Virus record (IMG/VR): IMGVR_UViG_3300017909_002523
Span: 1 to 32,473 of that record
Source: a virus
Taxonomy: Duplodnaviria > Caudoviricetes
DNA length: 32,473 bases
Direction: 5' to 3' (one strand)
Positions within the stretch are counted from its first letter, which is position 1. Every line of letters starts with the position of its first letter. This document shows positions 25,379 to 32,473 of this stretch, in pieces. A program made the position numbers and the translations under genes. The notes under the pieces were generated by a model. The model searched no databases. It worked only from the letters and a program-made list of their open reading frames with translations, and had not been told where the DNA came from.

Positions 25379-26176
25379 ATGGCAATTTCAACAGAAGAAG
25401 CACTTAGACAATTACGAGAACAACTTAAAGATTCGCTTGGATCAACAGGTATTGGAGTTGACTCTGTGCCTGAAACAGACCCAACATATAGAAGTGGTTA
25501 TGAGTATGCAAGAAGTATTGCAGGCGGCATGCCTTTTGAACAAGTGGTTGCTCCAGGGTTGCAATTTGGTCCTGAATTTCCAATGGGCGTTACTCAAGAA
25601 ACTTTAGATAGAATGAGAATGTTGTCCGGATCAGATCAGCTTGCGATGCAAATGCCATCAGCACCCTCAACAGGACAACCCTTAAGTATTGAAGACCAAA
25701 TGCCTTATGCACCGGCTGGTACACCAGAACCAACAATTTTTGGACAACAACCCACAACAGGTCAACCATTTGCGTTTACTAATATTTTTGAACAATTTTT
25801 ACCTGACACAGAGTTAGCTGATTTAGAGTTAAGAGAGAAGCTTGCAGAACTTGAAAAAGAAAACGATACCGGGGCGGTGGAAGATGTTCTTGTTGGGCAA
25901 GCTCCTCAACCGGGAACCATGGCTCCCGTAATGCCATCAGCACCAGCATCTGTTCCATCACAATTTATACCCTCAATCCCAGGCATACCAACACCATTAC
26001 CAATGCCTATTACACAACCAACTCCACAAGCTCAACCAATGCCAATGCCGGTATTCACACCTCCATCAGTACCATCTTTATTGGGCATGCCTCAAGTAAG
26101 GACAGAGGAAATTGTTTCTCCAATTGTTACTGGTAGCAGAAGATTTGTACCACCAAGCTTAATAAATTTAGTATAA
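25379..26176 (+). CDS. Pro/Gln-rich low-complexity protein (265 aa)
   Basis: C-terminal half dominated by P/M/Q/T; tightly packed between neighbours. Confidence 0.7.
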   Translation: MAISTEEALRQLREQLKDSLGSTGIGVDSVPETDPTYRSGYEYARSIAGGMPFEQVVAPGLQFGPEFPMGVTQETLDRMRMLSGSDQLAMQMPSAPSTGQPLSIEDQMPYAPAGTPEPTIFGQQPTTGQPFAFTNIFEQFLPDTELADLELREKLAELEKENDTGAVEDVLVGQAPQPGTMAPVMPSAPASVPSQFIPSIPGIPTPLPMPITQPTPQAQPMPMPVFTPPSVPSLLGMPQVRTEEIVSPIVTGSRRFVPPSLINLV

Positions 26177-26440
26177 ATGCCAACACACGAAGAAGTCGTC
26201 AAGGCTGAACAAGCCGAACAAATATTAAACTCAGATGTATTTAAGGAAGTCGTAGAAAACCTTAAAAACGAATACATCAACTTTTGGTTAAACTCTCGTG
26301 ATATAAAAGATGTGAATATCAGAGAGGACTTACATAGATCAATTTTATTAATACCTGAGATAGAAAAACATCTTAGAATCATTGCAGAGAAAGGCAAACT
26401 TACAAAATCACACATAAATAAGATTAGAAGCCTAGGCTAA
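26177..26440 (+). CDS. Small head-module protein preceding the scaffold
   Basis: 87 aa, helical; position typical of the small gene before podoviral scaffolds. Confidence 0.65.
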   Translation: MPTHEEVVKAEQAEQILNSDVFKEVVENLKNEYINFWLNSRDIKDVNIREDLHRSILLIPEIEKHLRIIAEKGKLTKSHINKIRSLG

Positions 26441-26443
26441 ATC

Positions 26444-26485
26444 TTGCACTTTTATAAATAATTCATATAAAATACTATAAAAATA
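26444..26485 (+). promoter_or_regulatory. Putative promoter for scaffold/capsid with a tandem 10-bp repeat
   Basis: TTGCAC-N18-TAAAAT; TATAAAATAC x2 at 26466-26485. Confidence 0.45.
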
Positions 26486-26503
26486 CAATATAGGAGTATT
26501 TAT

Positions 26504-27511
26504 ATGAGCAATAACGGAAAACCGACTGCTTTACAAACTGACCGAGAGCTTGCTACTACGGCGTTTGAAAGTTTCTTGACCCCCGAAGAGGATAAGGTTG
26601 AAGAGGCAGTCACAACAGAAGTAGTAGAAGAAGTCATCGAAGAAGATGAATTACCTGAAGCAGCAGAGCTTGAAGAAGACGTTGCTGAGGATGAAGAAGC
26701 TGAGGTCGATGAAGAAGAATTAGATTCTCACGAGGAGCAAGTAGAAGTTTCTGAAGAAGAGCAACCCGCCCTCCACACAGTTAAAGTGGATGGTCAAGAA
26801 CTAGAGGTCACGCTCGATGAATTAGTGAACGGATACTCTCGACAGCGAGATTACACACGCAAGACTCAAGAACTGTCAACTCTAAGAAAAGAAATAGAGC
26901 AACGACAAAACGAGTTAGCGGAAAAAGATGCTGTTTATAGCGAATTGTTGCCAAGGTTAGAACAAACTCTTAGCAATGGTTTTGAGCAAGAACCTGATTG
27001 GAATGTTTTAAAAGAAACTGATCCGGTTGCTTATCTTACTGAGCGTGATGCTTGGAATGATCGTAAACAGAAACTAGAGGCAGCTAAAGCTGAAAGACAA
27101 AGAGTTGAACAAGAAAGACTGCAAGAGCAACAACAAAAACTTGCAGAATTTGTTCAAGAAGGTCAAAAAAAAGTTTTAGAAGAAATCCCAGAGTGGAAAG
27201 ACAGTGAATTAAAAGCCCAAGAAGAACGAGAAATCGTTAATTACGGCATTAACAAACTAGGTTTTTCACCCGAAGAAATGGCTCAGGTTTATGATTACAG
27301 AATTCTGTTAATGGCAAGAAACGCTTGGTTATATGATAAGGCTAATGAAGCCGTTAAAAAGAAACCTGTTCAAAAAGCGAAGAGTCGTGTTGCAAGACCC
27401 GGAACTTCAAATGTACCAAAAACAACAAGCGCTGTTAAAAAAGCAAAACAAAGGTTGGCCAAATCTGGAAAAGCTTCAGATGCGGCTAGTGTATTTGAAC
27501 AAATAATTTAA
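26504..27511 (+). CDS. Capsid scaffolding protein
   Basis: Acidic N-terminus, VKVDGQELEVTLDEL..GYSRQRDYTRKTQEL motif, coiled coil, basic C-terminus; precedes the capsid gene. Confidence 0.88.
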   Translation: MSNNGKPTALQTDRELATTAFESFLTPEEDKVEEAVTTEVVEEVIEEDELPEAAELEEDVAEDEEAEVDEEELDSHEEQVEVSEEEQPALHTVKVDGQELEVTLDELVNGYSRQRDYTRKTQELSTLRKEIEQRQNELAEKDAVYSELLPRLEQTLSNGFEQEPDWNVLKETDPVAYLTERDAWNDRKQKLEAAKAERQRVEQERLQEQQQKLAEFVQEGQKKVLEEIPEWKDSELKAQEEREIVNYGINKLGFSPEEMAQVYDYRILLMARNAWLYDKANEAVKKKPVQKAKSRVARPGTSNVPKTTSAVKKAKQRLAKSGKASDAASVFEQII

Positions 27512-27525
27512 AAAGGAAAAAAACA

Positions 27526-28461
27526 ATGGCTAAGGTAACAAACGCCTTTGACACATACACAGCGACTGCTGACAGAGAGGACCTAAGTAACATAATTTAC
27601 AATATCTCTCCTATGCAGACTCCTTTTATGTCGTCAATAGGCACACGAAACGTCAAAAACGTAGTTTTTGATTGGCAAACAGAATCGCTTCCTACACCAA
27701 GCGCAAGTGGTGAACTAGAAGGTTTTGAACTTTCAAGATCAACCTCAACCGCTACTGTAAGAGCGAGCAACGTATGTATGATCTCAAAAAGAGATGCAAC
27801 AGTAACAGGCTCTCAAGAGAGTTCAGACCCAGCAGGTAAGAGATCAGAAATGGCTCACCAGCTTGCTATTATGTCTAAAGCTCTTAAGAGAGACATGGAA
27901 GAGGCTCTTTGTCAAAAGGGTGCTAAGACAACTGGTGATGCGACAACTGCTCGTGTAACTGGTGGTTTTGAATCTTGGATCACTTCAAATGATTCAAGAG
28001 GAACTGGTGGTGCTTCAACTGGATCAGGAGCAGCGCCTACCGATGGTACGCAAAGAGATTTGACTGAAACTCTTCTTAAAGATGTACTTGAGCTAGCTTT
28101 CACTAATGGTGGCGAACCATCATTGGCTATTTGTGGCCCACATAACAAACAAGTTATCAGTGGTTTCACAGGTAGATCACAAGCTAGACAATTTGTAGAT
28201 GCAGACACTGTAGAAGCTTCAGTATCTATCTATTCATCTGACTTTGGTGAACTCAAAATCGTTCCATCAAACAGATCAAGAGAAAGATCACTTCTTCTAG
28301 TTGATCCTGAATTTGCAAAAGTTGCTTATTTAAGAAATTTTCAAACTATTGATATTTCAACAATAGGCGATGCTATGACAAAAATGATTGTAGTTGAGTA
28401 TGGATTAGAAGTATCCAACGAAGCTGCTCATGGTGTCGTTGCAGACCTTAATGTTTCCTAA
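27526..28461 (+). CDS. Major capsid protein (DUF5309/SU10-like)
   Basis: REDLSNIIYNISPxxTPF, W-x-TE, LKRDME, SDFG, EYGLEV motifs; followed by a terminator. Confidence 0.9.
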   Translation: MAKVTNAFDTYTATADREDLSNIIYNISPMQTPFMSSIGTRNVKNVVFDWQTESLPTPSASGELEGFELSRSTSTATVRASNVCMISKRDATVTGSQESSDPAGKRSEMAHQLAIMSKALKRDMEEALCQKGAKTTGDATTARVTGGFESWITSNDSRGTGGASTGSGAAPTDGTQRDLTETLLKDVLELAFTNGGEPSLAICGPHNKQVISGFTGRSQARQFVDADTVEASVSIYSSDFGELKIVPSNRSRERSLLLVDPEFAKVAYLRNFQTIDISTIGDAMTKMIVVEYGLEVSNEAAHGVVADLNVS

Positions 28462-28471
28462 TTATTAGGAT

Positions 28472-28501
28472 ATGGGGCTAGATTTTCTGGCCCCATTTTT
28501 T
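28472..28501 (+). terminator. Rho-independent terminator after the capsid gene
   Basis: ATGGGGCTAGA-TTT-TCTGGCCCCAT followed by a T-run. Confidence 0.8.
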
Positions 28502-28714
28502 ATGAATAAGCAAGATATACTAAAAGCTTATCAAGAAAGCTTAAATGGAGAGCTTTCAAAACTTACTTTAGATTTAGAAATCTATCTAAACAATCCAACA
28601 TCAATTCCAGAACATACAAGTTATAGTCAATACCTAGACGATATTGTTAAGCAAATTGCTGAAATCAATGATAAAATTAAAGTCACGGATTTTTTAATAA
28701 AACAATATGGCTAG
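28502..28714 (+). CDS. Hypothetical helical protein (70 aa)
   Basis: Likely start MNKQDIL after the terminator; no clear RBS. Confidence 0.6.
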   Translation: MNKQDILKAYQESLNGELSKLTLDLEIYLNNPTSIPEHTSYSQYLDDIVKQIAEINDKIKVTDFLIKQYG

Positions 28715-28997
28715 ACGAACAATTATTGATCACAAAACTGGTTTTACTAACGAGTTTGCTACAGAGGATGATAAGGTTATTTATCACACCACCCAAGATG
28801 TTGCTCCGGTTATAGAGCATTGCAAAGTATTAGCAGACAATAAACCAGGTAAAGATTTACGTCATGTTGCAGAAGTGCCCTTGGTGATCTATCAGAGAGC
28901 CTGTAGAGAGGGCTGGGCGAATGACATGAAAGAATGGAAGAAGTGGTTAAATAATTCTGATAACAAAGTCTTTAGAACATGGCAAGGTAAACTATGA
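28707..28997 (+). CDS. Hypothetical head-module protein (96 aa)
   Basis: HVAEVP..KKWLNN.DN..FRT; ATGA-coupled to the adaptor. Confidence 0.7.
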   Translation: MARRTIIDHKTGFTNEFATEDDKVIYHTTQDVAPVIEHCKVLADNKPGKDLRHVAEVPLVIYQRACREGWANDMKEWKKWLNNSDNKVFRTWQGKL

Positions 28998-29644
28998 CAT
29001 ACGCAGAGCTTAAAACTAACATAGCTAATTATCTAAACAGATCAGATTTAACTTCTGAAATAGATATATTTATTGATAATACTGAAGCTGAACTTAATCG
29101 TAAACTTAGAGTTAAAGAAATGATTAAGCGAGCAACCGCTACAGCAGACGGACAATATTTATCAGTACCTTCTGATTGGCTAGAAGCCATCAACATTGAA
29201 ATTACATCCAATGACTTTAGACCATTGATGCAAATGTCTATTGAATCACTTGATGTGTATAGAAAATCAATAAATAACAAAACTGGTCAACCAATCTATT
29301 ACGCATTAGTTGACGATACAATCGAACTTGCACCTACCCCTGATAGCAGTTATACATTACAATTAACATACTTCGGAAAGATAGATGCACTTTCTGATTC
29401 TAATACATCTAACTTTGTGTCTAATACACATCCAGATGTTTACTTATATGGATCACTAAAACACGCATCCGTTTTTTTAATGGAAGATGAAAGAGCGCCT
29501 TTATTTAATGCTCAGTATGAAAAATCTCTTGAAGAAATGAGATTACAACAAGAAAAGGCTGAGTTTGGTAAAGGATCATTAGTTCAAAGAAGAAGAACTT
29601 ATGGTAAAGCTCGTAAAAACGTACATTATTGGAATAATAACTAG
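28994..29644 (+). CDS. Head-tail adaptor / tail tubular protein A-like
   Basis: MTYAELKT.IA.YLNRSDL, APTPD..YTL.L.Y, HPDVYLYGSL; size and position fit. Confidence 0.75.
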   Translation: MTYAELKTNIANYLNRSDLTSEIDIFIDNTEAELNRKLRVKEMIKRATATADGQYLSVPSDWLEAINIEITSNDFRPLMQMSIESLDVYRKSINNKTGQPIYYALVDDTIELAPTPDSSYTLQLTYFGKIDALSDSNTSNFVSNTHPDVYLYGSLKHASVFLMEDERAPLFNAQYEKSLEEMRLQQEKAEFGKGSLVQRRRTYGKARKNVHYWNNN

Positions 29645-29653
29645 GAGAAATAA

Positions 29654-30046
29654 ATGGCTGGATTTAGCGATTATTTAGAAGACAAAGTATTAGATCATGT
29701 GTTTGGCGGTAATGCTTACACAGCACCATCTACATTATATGTAGCTTTATATACTGTAGCACCAACCGATACAGGCGGTGGTACTGAAGTTTCAGGTGGA
29801 GCTTATGCAAGACAAACTGCTACATTCACAGTTTCAGGTACAGATCCAACAGAAGCAACCAACTCTGCTGCGATTGAATATCCAACTGCAACCGCAGACT
29901 ATGGAACAGTTGTAGCTGTAGGCATTATGGATGCACTTACAAGTGGTAACTTGCTTGCTTATGCAAGTTTGACTGCCTCTAAGGCTGTATCTAGTGGTGA
30001 TGTATTCAGATTTGATGCTGGCGATTTAGATATTACATTAGCTTAA
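29654..30046 (+). CDS. Virion structural (tail/fibre-associated) protein
   Basis: LYVALYT, EVSGGAYARQ, GNLLAY; 130 aa, beta-rich. Confidence 0.7.
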   Translation: MAGFSDYLEDKVLDHVFGGNAYTAPSTLYVALYTVAPTDTGGGTEVSGGAYARQTATFTVSGTDPTEATNSAAIEYPTATADYGTVVAVGIMDALTSGNLLAYASLTASKAVSSGDVFRFDAGDLDITLA

Positions 30047-30050
30047 TAAC

Positions 30051-30713
30051 ATGGCCTCAGTAGGCTACGGCGAATATACCTACGGGAAGTCCCATTATGG
30101 AACTCCCGTTTATCATTTTGGTGTAGCCACATCCGCTCAAACTTCTTCATTTACAGCCCAGGGCGGTTTCGTTTTAAGAGGTGCTGCTACTTCAGCACAA
30201 ACCTCATCATCCACAGCAACAGGAAGATTCGTCATTACAGGCGCATCAACCATTGCTGCATCTTCAGGATTTACAGCAGAAGGCGGAATTATTCTTGATG
30301 GTGTAGCTACCATTGCAGGAACAAGCAGTATGACTGCTTCAGGGGTGCAGATTGACTTAGGCTCTGCAACCATTGCTGGTGTTTCTAGCATGACCGCTAC
30401 AGGAACTCAGATTGATCGTGGGGTTGTTATTGGCCCTGCTGTATCAAACATGACTGCTACAGGCAGATTTACTATAAGTGCAAGTTTAACGATAGCTGCT
30501 ACTTCTGACTTTACTGCAATCGGCAGACAAATTGACAGAGGTACAGCAACACTAGCACAAACAAGTAGTTTTTCTGCGATTGGTGGTTTAAAATGGACTG
30601 ATATTGTTGTTCCCTCTGATACATGGACAGATCAAACAGTCACAACAACTTGGACGGATGTATCGAATCCGTCAACATCATGGACAGAGAAAGATAAACA
30701 AGAAGCAGCTTAA
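30051..30713 (+). CDS. Repeat-containing virion fibre protein
   Basis: Eight tandem 20-aa A/T/S/G-rich repeats (aa 23-182); YG-rich N-terminus; WTD repeats at the C-terminus. Confidence 0.7.
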   Translation: MASVGYGEYTYGKSHYGTPVYHFGVATSAQTSSFTAQGGFVLRGAATSAQTSSSTATGRFVITGASTIAASSGFTAEGGIILDGVATIAGTSSMTASGVQIDLGSATIAGVSSMTATGTQIDRGVVIGPAVSNMTATGRFTISASLTIAATSDFTAIGRQIDRGTATLAQTSSFSAIGGLKWTDIVVPSDTWTDQTVTTTWTDVSNPSTSWTEKDKQEAA

Positions 30714-30724
30714 AGGAAAGATTT

Positions 30725-32284
30725 ATGGCAGATACATTTACTACTAACTTAAACCTAACCAAACCAGAGGTCGGTGCATCCACTGATACCTGGGGTGGCA
30801 AAATTAATACAGACTTGGATACAGTCGATGGTATTTTCAGTTTATCTGGAACTGCGGTTGATATGGGTCAAGTTGACTTCGGTGGCGCAGTTGTTGTTAA
30901 AGGGACTAACCCAAGTTTAACAATAGGCGATGGCGATGCTGAAGATACTAAACTTGTCTTTGATGGCAACGCACAAGACTTTTACATTGGTTTAGACGAT
31001 AGTGCTGATGATTTAGTTATAGGGTTAGGCTCTGCTGTAGGGACTACACCATCTTTATCAATAGACGAAAACCAACTCGCAACATTCCACGCAGGAGTAA
31101 CTTTAGCAGGAACAACTCCAACCCTTACTATTGGGGATGCAGGAGAAGAAGATGCAAAAATAGTTTTTGATGGTAATGCACAAGATTTTTATGTTGGTTT
31201 AGATGACACAGTCGATGATCTTATTATTGGTGTTGGATCAACAGTTGGTACAAATCCAGCTATTAGAATAGATGAAAACCGACAAGTAGGTATTTTCGGC
31301 TCTCCAGACGCATTATTGTCAGTAAATGGCGGCAATGTTGACTATACACCTAGTAGTACAGGTACAGGTCTATTCCATGTAAGAGGTGGTGCATCTGCTT
31401 TATATACTGCATATATTGGTGTGGATGATAACGGAGTAGCGATTGGACATACTGCTAGTGGTAAAATTCTAAGATTTGATGTTAACGAAACAGAGAGAAT
31501 GAGGATTTCATCAGGGGGACTTGTTGGTATTGCAAACTCTTCTCCAACAAGAAACTTAACAGTAGGTGATACTGGTACATCTTCAGCTATAAATATAAAA
31601 AGTAATGCTACAAACGGGTATTCAATTTTAGCTTTTGGTGATGCAGACGATGATAATTATGCACAAATACTTTTAGATAACAGCACTAATAAATTGCAAA
31701 TTCAAAATGGTGGTGGCGGTGCTTTAGCCACAAGAGGACTTACAATGGATTCCTCAGAGAATGTTGGTATCAACAAAGCGACACCTGTAAAAACATTAGA
31801 TGTTTCAGGGGAAATAAGAGCTAGTTCAGGTATTTTGTTTGGAACAGACACAGCAGCAGCGAATACACTTGACGATTACGAAGAAGGTACTTGGACACCA
31901 ACTATACAAGGTTCAGTTACAAACGGTACTTATACTTATGGATTTAATCATGGTGAATACATGAAAGTAGGTAACATTGTTGTTGCTAATTTTAGAATTG
32001 ATAATATAAATGTTAGTTCAGCAGGTTCAGGAAATATTGAAATACATGGTTTCCCATTTACTGCAAAAGCTACAAATATACAATATTATTGGGGTAATAT
32101 AGTATTCGAGTATTTTGATGTTGCTCCAAGTACAGTATCTTTATCTGTAGGCGTGAAAGACCCCGGTACACATGCCTTAGTATGGGAAACAAGAGATACT
32201 ACAACTAATGGAGTTGTAGCAATAACCGATATAAACAATACAACGTCAGCCGATGTTTGGGGACAAGTTACATATATGACCTAG
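30725..32284 (+). CDS. Tail fibre / receptor-binding protein
   Basis: [24 protein letters not shown] anchor, internal duplication, ERMRI..G.VGI repeats, [14 protein letters not shown] before the tip domain. Confidence 0.88.
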   Translation: MADTFTTNLNLTKPEVGASTDTWGGKINTDLDTVDGIFSLSGTAVDMGQVDFGGAVVVKGTNPSLTIGDGDAEDTKLVFDGNAQDFYIGLDDSADDLVIGLGSAVGTTPSLSIDENQLATFHAGVTLAGTTPTLTIGDAGEEDAKIVFDGNAQDFYVGLDDTVDDLIIGVGSTVGTNPAIRIDENRQVGIFGSPDALLSVNGGNVDYTPSSTGTGLFHVRGGASALYTAYIGVDDNGVAIGHTASGKILRFDVNETERMRISSGGLVGIANSSPTRNLTVGDTGTSSAINIKSNATNGYSILAFGDADDDNYAQILLDNSTNKLQIQNGGGGALATRGLTMDSSENVGINKATPVKTLDVSGEIRASSGILFGTDTAAANTLDDYEEGTWTPTIQGSVTNGTYTYGFNHGEYMKVGNIVVANFRIDNINVSSAGSGNIEIHGFPFTAKATNIQYYWGNIVFEYFDVAPSTVSLSVGVKDPGTHALVWETRDTTTNGVVAITDINNTTSADVWGQVTYMT

Positions 32285-32311
32285 TGGATTCTAGGCAAGG
32301 AGAAAAATAAA

Positions 32312-32473
32312 ATGGCTTTAACAAAAGAAACAATAGAAGATAAAATTGAAGTAGTAGGAGATTATAAATTTGTTCAAGTAAGAACTGCTACAGTTATTAA
32401 AGAAGATGGAGTTGAAATAAATCGCTCTTTCAGCAGAAAGATTTTAGTACCTTCTGTAAAGAATAATGAATCG
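32312..32473 (+). CDS. 5' part of the 97-aa fibre-associated protein (continues to 273)
   Basis: AAGGAG RBS, then MALTKETIEDKIEVVG... Confidence 0.8.
   Translation, partial: MALTKETIEDKIEVVGDYKFVQVRTATVIKEDGVEINRSFSRKILVPSVKNNES
32333..32473. repeat. Terminal direct repeat, right copy
   Basis: Identical to 1-141. Confidence 0.95.

Noticed and set aside
19027-30391. Antisense or off-frame ORFs in the packaging, head and tail block (19027, 19819, 20032, 20676, 20765, 21543, 23521, 23709, 24866, 25044, 25779, 26092, 27912, 29029, 30137)
   Set aside because: Shadows of supported genes; the hydrophobic 23709-23903 ORF is the reverse complement of Lys-rich genes.
30725-32284. Diversity-generating retroelement or invertible fibre cassette
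   Set aside because: No reverse transcriptase or invertase; the internal duplication is not adenine-specific; no second copy of the tip was seen.

Overview
This window appears to be a complete, circularly permuted ~32.3 kb genome of an AT-rich, probably temperate podovirus-like dsDNA phage. Bases 1-141 are identical to 32333-32473, and one ORF reads through the junction, giving a unit length of 32,332 bp. Gene style resembles uncultured marine phages (inference; the host cannot be read from the sequence). Modules: tail and ejected proteins (278-6519); a PD-(D/E)XK nuclease; a promoter, RNA-like hairpin and micro-ORF operon leading into a tyrosine integrase (6918-8760); a divergent switch with no CI-type repressor (8761-9517); a recombination/replication block (Cas4-like exonuclease, Sak4-like ATPase, SSB-like protein, Toprim primase-SF4 helicase) followed by an iteron-like origin (9517-14812); a leftward operon of 14 small unknown genes (14809-18303); terS, terL and portal; a run of tiny, very basic ORFs; a lysis cassette; scaffold, capsid, adaptor and fibre genes (18421-32473). 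There is no DNA polymerase, methyltransferase, RT, tRNA or CRISPR array. The most unusual signals are: (1) a G-U-compensated hairpin with an exposed anti-Shine-Dalgarno loop and an alternative fold upstream of the integrase operon, a candidate RNA-based lysogeny or early-gene control; (2) a strong regional CCGG enrichment with CCAG/CTGG depletion around the early operon; (3) repeated start-junction motifs in the early operon; (4) many unannotated micro-ORFs. All functional calls come from motif recognition by eye; no database searches were run.
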